Shown piece after piece: positions 36,303 through 45,861 of a stretch of 64,000 nt of DNA. A model generated the notes under the pieces. It was not told the DNA's origin. It saw only the letters and a program-made list of their open reading frames with translations, and did not search any database. The stretch is from the IMG/VR virus record IMGVR_UViG_3300028886_001681, positions 1 through 64,000 of that record; one strand, given 5' to 3'. The stretch comes from a virus (lineage: Duplodnaviria > Caudoviricetes). The translations under genes were made by a program, and so were the position numbers. Each line of letters begins with the position of its first letter. Position 1 is the stretch's first letter.

Positions 36303-36894
36303 CTAAGACTCCTACGGGGCTTCCGTCCAAGTAGGTGTAGTCATCTAACAACTGCTCAAACCCAATTATGAAAGGATTAAAGTCAATGCTCACACTATCC
36401 TCGCGAAAAGAGGATACTAAAGTCTGGCGGTCAACATCCTTGCCCTTGAGCCAAATCGACGGTTCGCAGTATGGCGGACAGTCGACCTTGAATCGAGCGA
36501 TAAAGTCCGCAATTATTTCGGTGGAATCCTTATATGGACGGTAACGCTTTTCATCTTCTTCAGGCTTGATGCGATACTCAATATTCAAGTCCCAACGTGG
36601 ATTATATGCAGAACACCAGTCTCCACTTACATCGTCTTTAAATTGTATTTCTTTGCCCTCGTTGAAAGCCCTCTTGGCCTCGTAGTTTGGGTCGTAGTAT
36701 GCGAAACGATAGCGAACAAGGTCGTCGCTCTCAAAAGGCATTCCGTTATCTCTTGACCAACGAACCTTGTAAATTGACGCGCCTTTTTCCACGCGCTCAA
36801 TCAAAGAGTTTATGTTATCCGCCACAAAGACTTCCTTGCCTTCCAACTCGTCGTCCCACATGAAGCGGACGAATTTTTTGTCGAATAACTCCAT
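36295..36894 (-). CDS. Hypothetical protein
   Basis: 199 aa, SD GGAGG. Confidence 0.75.
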   Translation of the reverse strand: MELFDKKFVRFMWDDELEGKEVFVADNINSLIERVEKGASIYKVRWSRDNGMPFESDDLVRYRFAYYDPNYEAKRAFNEGKEIQFKDDVSGDWCSAYNPRWDLNIEYRIKPEEDEKRYRPYKDSTEIIADFIARFKVDCPPYCEPSIWLKGKDVDRQTLVSSFREDSVSIDFNPFIIGFEQLLDDYTYLDGSPVGVLDE

Positions 36895-37268
36895 AAGCCT
36901 ACCTCCAAATATCGGCCAAACTTTCAGTAATCAAGGCCAAGGGGAAAAGCACGGCCCCGCAAAGCAAGCCGAATAAAACCGCGAAGGGAAGGAGAATGAG
37001 CGAAAGGAGCGTCATCCCCAAATTCTTCAAAATCATCGTCATTTACGCTCCTCTCCTTCCTCGTAGACCGTCAATGTTCCGTCAATCGGATTGTCGACCA
37101 CCATATTCACCTTTCTGTCGCTCTTGGTGCGATGGAGGAAAGTTCCGCCTTGAGTCTGAACCTCAAATTTCTTGTCCTTGACTAAATGCGAGCACGCGAG
37201 GTCGCCCCAATGTTTTTCCTTCAATTTCTCGTTCTCGTAGATTAAAACCTTCATCCTCCCAAACTCCT

Positions 37269-37715
37269 TTATCTGCAACAATCCCTAATTATTCTGCTTG
37301 AATACAAAGGGTCGTCCTTCCTCAACTCCTCCCATTCGACCAAGAATCCGTCCTTGTTCTCGTAGACTCCGTTGAAGTCGTAGGGAATTCCGTCTATCTC
37401 GCAGAGGAAATGCCCTTGAATCTCGTCGTATAGAATCGTTCCGTTGAACGCGTCCTTTAGAATCAAGGCGAAGAAATAGCAGTTTCCGCTAGTCCACTTG
37501 CAGTCGGTCGGAAACCTTCTCTTGATGAAATTCAAGACTTTTTTCTCGGTGTCCTCTCCGCCGTCTTTTTCCTCGAACAAGTCCGAACCCAAGGCGACCT
37601 TTCTCCAATAGCGGAACACTCCCATAGCCACTCCGAACCCTCCGTAAATGAAGGCGAAGGGGAAGGCCAAAAGGCTCGCCAAGAATGTCAAGGACAAGAA
37701 CAAAATTCGTTTCAT
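37269..37715 (-). CDS. Hypothetical protein with an N-terminal hydrophobic segment
   Basis: GNCYFFA...GHFL...YDFNG; TTGACA promoter upstream. Confidence 0.7.
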   Translation of the reverse strand: MKRILFLSLTFLASLLAFPFAFIYGGFGVAMGVFRYWRKVALGSDLFEEKDGGEDTEKKVLNFIKRRFPTDCKWTSGNCYFFALILKDAFNGTILYDEIQGHFLCEIDGIPYDFNGVYENKDGFLVEWEELRKDDPLYSSRIIRDCCR

Positions 37716-37783
37716 TTCTTTTTCTCCATATGGTTATGATATACCGAAACTCGCCCTTTTGTCAAGGAAATTCCGATTTTTTT

Positions 37784-38137
37784 TTATGAAATTGCGAGGC
37801 TTTTCCTCGATTTTACGATGAAATCCACCCTTTCCAACACATCCAAGCCGATTATTTCGTCCAATTGAGTTAGAATCTCCTCGTCAGAGAGCGAGCACCA
37901 ATGGGAATCCATCGTCCTCAACATTCCGCCGAAGGAATACAACTTGGGATGCTCAAGAAACCTCTCGTCGTTCAACATTGGGAAGAACTCGCGGTATGTG
38001 GCGGAAAGCATTCGTTCAAGCGCCTTTTGTTGGGCTTCCTTCTTGGAGTCGGCCTCGACAATCAACTCTCTGTAAGTTTCCTTGCCGTACTTTCCGTGGC
38101 TTCCCTTGGCCACGACTCTGACTACGAACTCCTTCAT
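37784..38137 (-). CDS. Hypothetical protein
   Basis: 117 aa, SD GGAGG. Confidence 0.7.
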   Translation of the reverse strand: MKEFVVRVVAKGSHGKYGKETYRELIVEADSKKEAQQKALERMLSATYREFFPMLNDERFLEHPKLYSFGGMLRTMDSHWCSLSDEEILTQLDEIIGLDVLERVDFIVKSRKSLAIS

Positions 38138-38162
38138 GAAGTTTTCCTCCGTTTTCTAGTCA

Positions 38163-38191
38163 ATTATAACCCAAATTATCCAATTTGTCAA
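38163..38191 (-). promoter_or_regulatory. Consensus sigma70 promoter
   Basis: TTGACA-17-TATAAT. Confidence 0.85.
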
Positions 38192-38304
38192 GGGAAATTG
38201 TTAAAAAATCGAAAAAAAAAACGGATTGAACATGGCTCTTTATGGAATCGACTTGGAGGAATGGCCGAAGCGGAGTTGTCTTGAAAGGAAAATTAGGGGG
38301 AAGA

Positions 38305-38338
38305 AAAAAGCCCCGCAATTGGATTTTTGCGGGGCGTT
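38305..38338 (-). terminator. Terminator
   Basis: AAAAAGCCCCGCAA...TTGCGGGGC. Confidence 0.75.
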
Positions 38339-38392
38339 CGTATTTATATAAAATCCGTAAGAATGATTCCACCCTTTAGGGTGGTGCGTAGT

Positions 38393-38803
38393 TCACTTAA
38401 TTCTAGCGTCAACTTCTTTAATCAGATTATTGATTTCTTCTTCACTTGCAAGTTTTCCGCCTTTGATTGAAATTTCATCGTAATCTTCCATAAAAATTTC
38501 TTCATCCGCCACTTTATCAAGCGCGTAAGAATTATTCAAAACATAATTAGAAACTTGTCTCAAATCTTTTGTAGAAACTTCACATTCTTTTTTATCAAAT
38601 GTATCTTCAATGATATTTCCATACAAATCCATGCAACAAAATGGTTGATTCTGCATTTTTTCACCATAATTCATTTGAACCTTGATTCTTTTAGCATGAC
38701 CGCCGAGCTTATACCAACCGTTTTCATCAATCCAAATGTTGATTGGGAGTCCTGTCTGTCTTTTTCTTCTGTTGGCCATTTCGTAGATTCTTTCCATAAT
38801 CAA
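38393..38803 (-). CDS. Hypothetical protein (EMAN...TGLP..IWID family)
   Basis: 136 aa with its own TTGACA-17-TATATT promoter (38819-38847). Confidence 0.7.
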   Translation of the reverse strand: MIMERIYEMANRRKRQTGLPINIWIDENGWYKLGGHAKRIKVQMNYGEKMQNQPFCCMDLYGNIIEDTFDKKECEVSTKDLRQVSNYVLNNSYALDKVADEEIFMEDYDEISIKGGKLASEEEINNLIKEVDARIK

Positions 38804-38885
38804 ATCACCTCAATAAAAAATATAGCATGAAACGCTTGTTTTGTCAAGTAAAATTATAATCTCAAATCCTTTCAACTTTCATGTA

Positions 38886-39692
38886 TCATTCATTCACCTT
38901 TTCCCAATAAGCGGAATCTTCACCCAAAGCCATGTCAATCAACCAAAAATCTCCGTTATATTCCATTATGTCTACAGACCAAACGCCTTCCAAGTCTGCA
39001 ATTGATTTCAATTTATCAGACACCAATTCACAAACCTTGCCTTTATTTTCATTATAATGTTTCAAAAGGTTGTCATAAACCGATTCATAAATTATTTTAT
39101 CGGTTTTATTAGAACTGATGGAATCATGGCAATAATCCCAATCCCAATAATTCACAACATCTAAAAGTTTATGCTTTGTAAAATCATAGAATATTCTATA
39201 TTCGTTTCTTAAAGGAAGTCCGTTATAAATGCAAGGCGTTTCGCAAGGATTATAAGGAATTCTTTCCCTTATCGCAATTTCATTGTTGCCCATGGTGTCG
39301 TAACAGAAAGAATAATACTGAATGTCTTGAATGCATTCGGAAATGCATTCTACAGTATTGTTTCTTGGCGCGGCGGTAACAAAATCAAATTTGTTGGAGA
39401 AGCATCCGTTTTTAATAAAAAGGTTGGTGTCTTTCAATTCTTGAGGAATGCTAGGATAGAGTTCGTTTCTCACCCATTCAGTGATTTTATCGGAATCATC
39501 TTTGTTGTCATGAAAGAAACATTCCATGATGTCTTTCGGAACTTGATATATGAAAGTTTTTGGTTGTTTAATTCCGCAATCCTTTATTTTCGGATACCAA
39601 TAAGATATGTTGTTTTTATTTGAAATCAAATCATTGTAAAATGACTTTCCCATTTCTTCTAAGTCTTGATTGTCAAAAATTAATTTTTCCAT
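38886..39692 (-). CDS. ATP-grasp protein (R2K/Cdc123-like)
   Basis: LFIKNG, IRERI, EYRIF and WSVDIM...FWLIDMA pattern. Confidence 0.65.
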   Translation of the reverse strand: MEKLIFDNQDLEEMGKSFYNDLISNKNNISYWYPKIKDCGIKQPKTFIYQVPKDIMECFFHDNKDDSDKITEWVRNELYPSIPQELKDTNLFIKNGCFSNKFDFVTAAPRNNTVECISECIQDIQYYSFCYDTMGNNEIAIRERIPYNPCETPCIYNGLPLRNEYRIFYDFTKHKLLDVVNYWDWDYCHDSISSNKTDKIIYESVYDNLLKHYNENKGKVCELVSDKLKSIADLEGVWSVDIMEYNGDFWLIDMALGEDSAYWEKVNE

Positions 39693-40148
39693 TTATTCAT
39701 TCTCCTTTCTAGGCGGTGGAACTTCCACCGAACCTTCCAACCAAGCATAAATAGGATAATTTTTGTTTTCTCCGTTCCACACGCCGTCGCCTAAATACAT
39801 GAACTCATCGCATTCATAATCACCGTCACCGCAATCATAAGCGCAAATATAATTCAATGGCAGAATGGATTTGCCGTCTTCGCTTTCTTTTGGATTTGGC
39901 GGTAATTTATCCGTTACATAACACCATGTTTTAGCGTTTATATGTCCGTTTGACTCTCGATTTATATCGCCATAATCTTTTCCAAGATAATAGCCGTGAT
40001 TTTCTCCCATCTCCCATGAATATTCCGCGATTGAATAATAAGGCTCTAAAGGGCATTTATCGGAACGCCCAAATTCCTTTCCATAGTTGTCGTCCCAAAA
40101 CTGCTCAAAGACTTCATATTTTACATTTTCATTATATTCGTCGCTCAT
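39693..40148 (-). CDS. DUF551-like protein
   Basis: WCYVTDKLP...IYAWL. Confidence 0.65.
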   Translation of the reverse strand: MSDEYNENVKYEVFEQFWDDNYGKEFGRSDKCPLEPYYSIAEYSWEMGENHGYYLGKDYGDINRESNGHINAKTWCYVTDKLPPNPKESEDGKSILPLNYICAYDCGDGDYECDEFMYLGDGVWNGENKNYPIYAWLEGSVEVPPPRKENE

Positions 40149-40178
40149 TTTTTATGTCCTCCTCAACTTTTCCCAAGT

Positions 40179-40808
40179 TCACTGCCTCATCATAGCCAAC
40201 GCTTTTATAAAATGCTTGAATCCAAATCCGCCACGCTTTTTATAAAAATTCGTAATGACCAATCGTTTCTCCAAATCTTTATAAAACTCTACATCTAGAT
40301 AATCATCTTCCAAGATGACATATTTTCCTTCAAAATGATTTCTTTCAATCCATTCCATTATTTGAGTTCCACGTGCATACTGCAGAATAAAATCTCGGTT
40401 CTTTATATTTTCAAATCCTTGGAATGTTGGTCTATTGCACCAATCAGTTATTTTATCTTCGTTCATTTCATAATTATTTTCAAGACTTAATTTTCCTTCT
40501 CTAGTGACTGAAATAACATTTATTCCATTCTTACGGAATAGAGAATCAGTCTTCATCATATCATGGCCTTTAATGTCTTTTCTTACAGAACCGTCTTCAT
40601 TCCACCCATATTTCCAAGTGGAAGATAAAACTACTTTAGATTTTGTCAGTCCGCATAACAAACTTAACCAAAACAAGTTTCTTTTGCAAATCTGGCTCAC
40701 CATATCATAGCCATTTTTCTTCACATTTCTTTGGTAATATTTTGATTTATAGAAATAATGATAGTTGAGAACACCGTCAATGTCTAGAAAAATTATTTTA
40801 TCTGTCAT
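40179..40808 (-). CDS. HAD-superfamily phosphatase (Swiss Army Knife RNA-repair-like)
   Basis: IFLDIDGVLN, VLSSTW, RGTQI..W and YVILEDD motifs. Confidence 0.85.
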   Translation of the reverse strand: MTDKIIFLDIDGVLNYHYFYKSKYYQRNVKKNGYDMVSQICKRNLFWLSLLCGLTKSKVVLSSTWKYGWNEDGSVRKDIKGHDMMKTDSLFRKNGINVISVTREGKLSLENNYEMNEDKITDWCNRPTFQGFENIKNRDFILQYARGTQIMEWIERNHFEGKYVILEDDYLDVEFYKDLEKRLVITNFYKKRGGFGFKHFIKALAMMRQ

Positions 40809-40877
40809 CTGTGTCTGTCTCAATATATTTAAAATTATCGTTATCAAATTCAACTTCTACATTCATTTCGGATGTAT

Positions 40878-41069
40878 CTATTTTGCAACAAGAGTAAATG
40901 ATTCAAAATCATCTATAAAATTTTTCTTATCATAAAGATTCTTAAAATTTACTCTAATTTCAACCTCATGAGAATCTTCCATATCTCTGACTTCTGTAAT
41001 TAAAATTTCTTTATCCAATAATTCAGATAAAAGTTTTCTTTGTTCAAATTCAAAAGAATCCATTACCAT
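40878..41069 (-). CDS. Hypothetical protein
   Basis: 63 aa, SD GAGG. Confidence 0.5.
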   Translation of the reverse strand: MVMDSFEFEQRKLLSELLDKEILITEVRDMEDSHEVEIRVNFKNLYDKKNFIDDFESFTLVAK

Positions 41070-41152
41070 AATTTTAATCCTCTTCCCATTCCTTATTGAA
41101 CTTACTCATCGCGCGACTTAAAGTTTTTTATAAATCTTCAAGGAATTATGCT

Positions 41153-41344
41153 TTATTTTAATTTTCTAAAAAATATCGCTCCTTTCATTTTTAGAAAACC
41201 TTTCGCGTTAGAATCCAATTCTTCAAGAGTAAAAGAATTTTCATTCAATCCGACAAATCGATTTCCAAATCTCGAAAACTTGTATTTGGCTTTTCCGAGA
41301 TTTACCAATTCAATGACCTCTTTTAATTTCATAGTCATATTCAT
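41153..41344 (-). CDS. Hypothetical basic protein
   Basis: 63 aa, SD GGAGG. Confidence 0.55.
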   Translation of the reverse strand: MNMTMKLKEVIELVNLGKAKYKFSRFGNRFVGLNENSFTLEELDSNAKGFLKMKGAIFFRKLK

Positions 41345-41490
41345 GCCTCCAAATCGTTTTTATAGTCTGTCTGACAGACAGACCGTTATATAGTTTCTTT
41401 TTATCTCCTACGAAATAAATTATTGCATTTCAACGATTAGTTTGTCAATATTTATGCGCCATATTCATTAAATGAAATGTCGTATTTTAA

Positions 41491-43191
41491 TTAATAATCC
41501 ATGAAATGTTCCTTGAAATAATCCTCCCTTTCATAAGCCTTGGTCTTAAAGTATTTGTAGGCAAGTTTTATTTTCGGCAACATATCAAGATATTTTTCCC
41601 TTTCTCGTCTGTCATTCAAATAATACCTCAAGTCTTTTTCCGTGGTCTGACTGATGTTGAAGAATTCCGTTTTGTCCAACCAAATCGCGGTTCTTTTCCT
41701 CTTGGTGTCGTCATGCCATCTTTCCTCAAAATAAAGGATTTTATATCCCCAATCTTCGTCATAATCCTTTATTTCGTAAACTTTGCTTCTATTCGGAATT
41801 CCCACCCATCTTCTTCTCCAATCCATATGATGCTCATAGATGAAATCCGAATCGTCGGTCGCTCTGCCGTAATAATTTTTAGAACCCCACAAGTCGGTGA
41901 CGATGATTCTGTCGCCTATTTTGCTTCTGTCTCTGTTTTCTTGAAGATAACTTCTCCAACTAGGCATCGTGTTGTCGCCAATCAAATCTTTTCTTTCCTT
42001 ATCGCGAACCAACACGATTTTTTCCTTGTCAAAAAGTCCGCATATGAGATTCGTCTTGAATTGGCAGTCCGTTCCGAGAATGTCGGTTCTGTCAAGAATG
42101 CCTTGAATCGCTATGAGAATGTATTTCCAAGGGAGAATGTTTTCCATGAAAGTTTCTTGGTCGAATTCTTCATCGCCGTTCCATTTCTTTCCCGCTTGAA
42201 TGCTTTGTTCTTCTGTGGGAAACATCGTGTCGTCTCTTGACTCGACATCGGAGAAAATTCTATAGAGCCTTTCTCCGTTTCTTATGAGAAAATAACAGTT
42301 GGCGTTATATCCGTTGCACACCATGTTTTCCCATCTGTCGCCGTAGTCTTTTCCCCGCCTTTTGATTCGCCACATCACAATTCCGCGCTCCGACGGAATG
42401 AACATCTTGTAATTCTTGACAATCCATTCGTCAAAAAGATTGATGTTCTTGTAATCAAAGTCGTCCGTTTCCACATAAGTGGTTTCCGTAATTTGCTCAA
42501 GATTCACGATTCCATATTCTTCGTCCATGAATCTAACGGCTTGGTACAAATGAATGGGTTCGTCGCTCGTCTTTCCTTCGCCGATAAGTTCGACGACCTC
42601 TTCTTTCGCCCCAAGATATGTTTCGTACGCGCAAATCACGCGATATTTTCCTTTAAGCCATTTTTCCATTTCGGCAACTTGCAACTTCAATTCTTGCCTC
42701 TGTTTTTCAAGTTCAAGCATTTTCCTTTCGATTTCATTTCTGCAATCATTGAAATCTTTCACCGTTTTGATTTTGCCTTCCTTGAATTCTTGCGGTAGGT
42801 TTTCGGAATAGGCTTTGACCGCGTCGTCTTTCAACAACGCTATTTCTTGGGAATCCGCTTTCTGCCCTTTGGACGACAGTTTCTTTTCCACATCGTCAAA
42901 ATTAAAGTTTTCAAATTCCGACACTTTGATTGTTTTCACGAGTTTATAATCTTCTTCCGTTTCAACATAGATGTTGATTTCGGCTTTATCATAACATCCG
43001 TCTTTAATGGCATATTTATTTGAATCATGATTGTATTCAGAAAGGCTATAGTCCGAGAGATATTTATAGATGTCGTCTTCCGTGTAAACAAATTTATATA
43101 CGGCGAATTCAAAGGAGTCCGCTTCAATCCAAACGCCCTCAAGTCTCGGATATCCGTTCGTTTCTTCTTTTCTGCCGAAAAAATATTTCAT
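41491..43191 (-). CDS. Large hypothetical protein with a central coiled coil
   Basis: 566-aa ORF, SD GGGAG. Confidence 0.85.
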   Translation of the reverse strand: MKYFFGRKEETNGYPRLEGVWIEADSFEFAVYKFVYTEDDIYKYLSDYSLSEYNHDSNKYAIKDGCYDKAEINIYVETEEDYKLVKTIKVSEFENFNFDDVEKKLSSKGQKADSQEIALLKDDAVKAYSENLPQEFKEGKIKTVKDFNDCRNEIERKMLELEKQRQELKLQVAEMEKWLKGKYRVICAYETYLGAKEEVVELIGEGKTSDEPIHLYQAVRFMDEEYGIVNLEQITETTYVETDDFDYKNINLFDEWIVKNYKMFIPSERGIVMWRIKRRGKDYGDRWENMVCNGYNANCYFLIRNGERLYRIFSDVESRDDTMFPTEEQSIQAGKKWNGDEEFDQETFMENILPWKYILIAIQGILDRTDILGTDCQFKTNLICGLFDKEKIVLVRDKERKDLIGDNTMPSWRSYLQENRDRSKIGDRIIVTDLWGSKNYYGRATDDSDFIYEHHMDWRRRWVGIPNRSKVYEIKDYDEDWGYKILYFEERWHDDTKRKRTAIWLDKTEFFNISQTTEKDLRYYLNDRREREKYLDMLPKIKLAYKYFKTKAYEREDYFKEHFMDY

Positions 43192-43259
43192 GCGTCAAAC
43201 TCCCATTTTAGTTGAGCCTTTAATCCATCAATTTCAGTTTTCATTAAAAATTATCCCAA

Positions 43260-43643
43260 TTACATATCCAAATAATTCGGCATTTTAATGTCATTCAAAC
43301 TAATTTCATCATTATTGTTCATATCCCACAACAAGCAAAGAACATCGAAATTAGTCAAACCTTCGGCAAACATTTTCTGATACTGTTTCTTCGGCTCGGA
43401 TTTCAAAAATTTCACCAAAAGTTTTCTTTCTTTAGCGTTCAAAGTGTCGGTGTACTGTCCATGAAAGAAATATTCATTGGCAAGCAATTTAACGCAACCT
43501 TGTTTTCCATTCTGCGGATTTCTGAAATGAAAATGAGGAATCGTGCCTTCTCCTTCATAGACCATCACTTCGTAATCGTCGAAGTTTCCGAGTCGAGCCA
43601 TTTCTTCCAATCTGTGAATTTCTTTCATAATGGTTTCCTCCAA
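43260..43643 (-). CDS. DUF4160-like protein
   Basis: VYEGEGTIPHFH motif; own promoter. Confidence 0.6.
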   Translation of the reverse strand: MEETIMKEIHRLEEMARLGNFDDYEVMVYEGEGTIPHFHFRNPQNGKQGCVKLLANEYFFHGQYTDTLNAKERKLLVKFLKSEPKKQYQKMFAEGLTNFDVLCLLWDMNNNDEISLNDIKMPNYLDM

Positions 43644-43654
43644 GTTTCCGCGCC

Positions 43655-43683
43655 ATTATACACGCTTTCGTTCAATTTGTCAA
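43655..43683 (-). promoter_or_regulatory. Consensus sigma70 promoter
   Basis: TTGACA-17-TATAAT. Confidence 0.85.
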
Positions 43684-43765
43684 TGAAAATTATCAAAAAT
43701 TTAATGTTTATTTTCTTAGACAAAATTATTCAAAATGTCTAGGAATATCGACATTATGAAAAACA

Positions 43766-43796
43766 AAGAGCGGAAAATATAAAACTTTCCGCTCTT
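43766..43796 (-). terminator. Terminator
   Basis: AAGAGCGGAAA...TTTCCGCTCTT with a U-rich tail on the minus strand. Confidence 0.7.
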
Positions 43797-43830
43797 AGAA
43801 ACTGTTCTTACTCTCGCAAGTTAGATAATT

Positions 43831-44256
43831 TTATTCGTCGTCTTCGTCAGATTCAAAATATCCTTGGCCTACACACCAATTATAAAATGATTCTTCCCCA
43901 TCATCGAGATATTCTACTTTATCTTTAATAAAATCATTTTTGTTATGCTCAGACAAAGAATAAAAATTGCCGTAACCGTTCACTACATAATATTCTTCAT
44001 TTGGGTCAAAAGTATCTTTTGTATGAAAATCACCATTATAATATTGACCGCCAAAATATATTCGATTTAACAACCAATTCAAATCTTCTTTCTCTAAATA
44101 ATATTCAAGGTCATCCATATCATGAATGTAATCTTCCCAATCACGACCAACATCGTTGAGATATTCTTCTCCATATTCTTCCGCCATTTCATCAAAATCC
44201 CAACCTTTCGGGGCGTCGAATTTTTCAGTCATTCTTTTATCGTTCATAGTTTTCAC
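43831..44256 (-). CDS. Acidic hypothetical protein (late gene)
   Basis: 141 aa, D/E/Y-rich; TAACTAT at 44290-44296. Confidence 0.7.
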   Translation of the reverse strand: MKTMNDKRMTEKFDAPKGWDFDEMAEEYGEEYLNDVGRDWEDYIHDMDDLEYYLEKEDLNWLLNRIYFGGQYYNGDFHTKDTFDPNEEYYVVNGYGNFYSLSEHNKNDFIKDKVEYLDDGEESFYNWCVGQGYFESDEDDE

Positions 44257-44348
44257 TCTCCTTTTTCATTGTGAACTGAATATGATAATATAGTTATTTT
44301 TCCGCGTAAAAACGCCTAAGATTGGAAGGAAATCCAACTATCTTTCCC

Positions 44349-44528
44349 ATGAGCGTAAGCGAAATTTGCGCCTTGGTCGGAACGGTTCTGTCCTTGGCGG
44401 TTATTCTGTACAAACTAGGCCGTCTCTCTTCAAAGGTGGACTCCAACACACATAGGTTGGACAGACACGAATCCGACTTGCGTGGCCTCAACGACAAGGT
44501 TTTCTCCTTGAAGTCAGAGCGGAAGTAG
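44349..44528 (+). CDS. Small TM plus coiled-coil protein (XhlA or holin-like), apparently leaderless
   Basis: ATG 7 nt after CAACTAT (44335-44341); TM helix followed by RLDRHE. Confidence 0.55.
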   Translation: MSVSEICALVGTVLSLAVILYKLGRLSSKVDSNTHRLDRHESDLRGLNDKVFSLKSERK

Positions 44529-44551
44529 GAAAAAGCCTTGCAAGTTTTTAA

Positions 44552-44953
44552 TCAAAAAGGCTTTCTGTCCACATTTCCCAACTCGTCCGCCCACTTCTCA
44601 GGGTATCCTCGGTGATACCAATTGTATCTTTTTCGATACGCCCACTTTCTGTGGAACAGTCGGTCAAATATATTGCGAGCGAAGGAAGGAATTCCCACAA
44701 CAAGAAGATATAGCCAACCCAACCTCTTGGACTGTTCGGAATGCCCCAACTCGTGCTTTAGGTTGTCTTTCGCCACATACAAATTCCGTTGGATAATCAC
44801 ATGGCTTCCCAAACTCACCGCGGAGTCGAAAAACTTTAGCCTAGTGAACACATCCACATCGTTTATGGTCGTTTCGTACTTGCAAAAGAGCGAAACTGCG
44901 AATCCGACCAAGTTTTGCGGAAGTTGCCATATATATGAAAGAAATCGTTTCAT
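44552..44953 (-). CDS. Membrane-associated zinc metallopeptidase-like protein
   Basis: WQLPQN...HELGH..QS..LGWLYL...EKWAD. Confidence 0.75.
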   Translation of the reverse strand: MKRFLSYIWQLPQNLVGFAVSLFCKYETTINDVDVFTRLKFFDSAVSLGSHVIIQRNLYVAKDNLKHELGHSEQSKRLGWLYLLVVGIPSFARNIFDRLFHRKWAYRKRYNWYHRGYPEKWADELGNVDRKPF

Positions 44954-44974
44954 TTAATCCTCCCTTGAAAAGCC

Positions 44975-45283
44975 CTACTTCAACATGTAGTCGAAGTAGT
45001 CTCCGTCCTCAAATCTGTCGTGTATGTAGAATGTCTTGAAGCCGTCGAAGTCCTTCATCTTCTTGCAATTTTTGACTTTCAAGTTTTCCAAGATGTAGTT
45101 TTTCGTCTTTTTCTCGACCTTCATCGACTCTAGAAATTCCTTGATTATTTCCTTCGCGTGCTTGGCTATGCTCCGCTTTCCTTTTTCCTTCAAGTATGAG
45201 GGAAGGCATAGGCACACGCATTTTATAGCCCAAGTCATGATGAAGTTGTGCTTGTTGTCGTTTATCGTTATTTCCACCAACAT
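44975..45283 (-). CDS. Hypothetical protein
   Basis: 102 aa. Confidence 0.6.
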   Translation of the reverse strand: MLVEITINDNKHNFIMTWAIKCVCLCLPSYLKEKGKRSIAKHAKEIIKEFLESMKVEKKTKNYILENLKVKNCKKMKDFDGFKTFYIHDRFEDGDYFDYMLK

Positions 45284-45284
45284 G

Positions 45285-45632
45285 CTACAACTCCCACTCT
45301 ATGTCGGATAATATCGCTTCGATTTCACCCTTGTCCTCGAATTCCATTCCGTCAAGTTGCTTGCGCATTCTCTTGATGTAAGAGCGGATTTCCTCCAATT
45401 TACATTCCAATTCTCCGACTTGGGCTTCCAACTGCTCGTTGTCGTCCTCTAGTTCGAAAAGTTTGTCCGAAGCCCACTCTTGTTCGCCAATCCATTCGGA
45501 CAACGGCTCGCACAAGTCTTCGACATGACGGCTCACATCCGCGAAGTTAGGCTCAATCCCTAAACCTCTCAAATAGTCCATCTCCATGTTCTCCATTTTA
45601 GGGGATATTGTGTCCCAATTCAACTCATCCAT
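45285..45632 (-). CDS. Acidic coiled-coil protein
   Basis: 115 aa from MDELNW. Confidence 0.65.
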   Translation of the reverse strand: MDELNWDTISPKMENMEMDYLRGLGIEPNFADVSRHVEDLCEPLSEWIGEQEWASDKLFELEDDNEQLEAQVGELECKLEEIRSYIKRMRKQLDGMEFEDKGEIEAILSDIEWEL

Positions 45633-45645
45633 ATCGTTTTCCTTC

Positions 45646-45852
45646 TTACATTTCCAACGCTTCATAGATTTCCTCGTCCACATCGATTTGGAAACCCTTG
45701 TTGGCTCGGTATTCCCAAATCACATCGTCCCAAACATTGAACTTCTTGGGGTCTTCCCTCAAGAGCCTAGACAAGACGACCTTGCCGTCCTCAATCTTGG
45801 CCAAGGCCTCATAGTTCTTTCCTTGCAAACTGAACGAAACGCACTCGCCCAT
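45646..45852 (-). CDS. Hypothetical protein
   Basis: 68 aa, SD GGAGG. Confidence 0.6.
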   Translation of the reverse strand: MGECVSFSLQGKNYEALAKIEDGKVVLSRLLREDPKKFNVWDDVIWEYRANKGFQIDVDEEIYEALEM

Positions 45853-45861
45853 ACATTCCTC

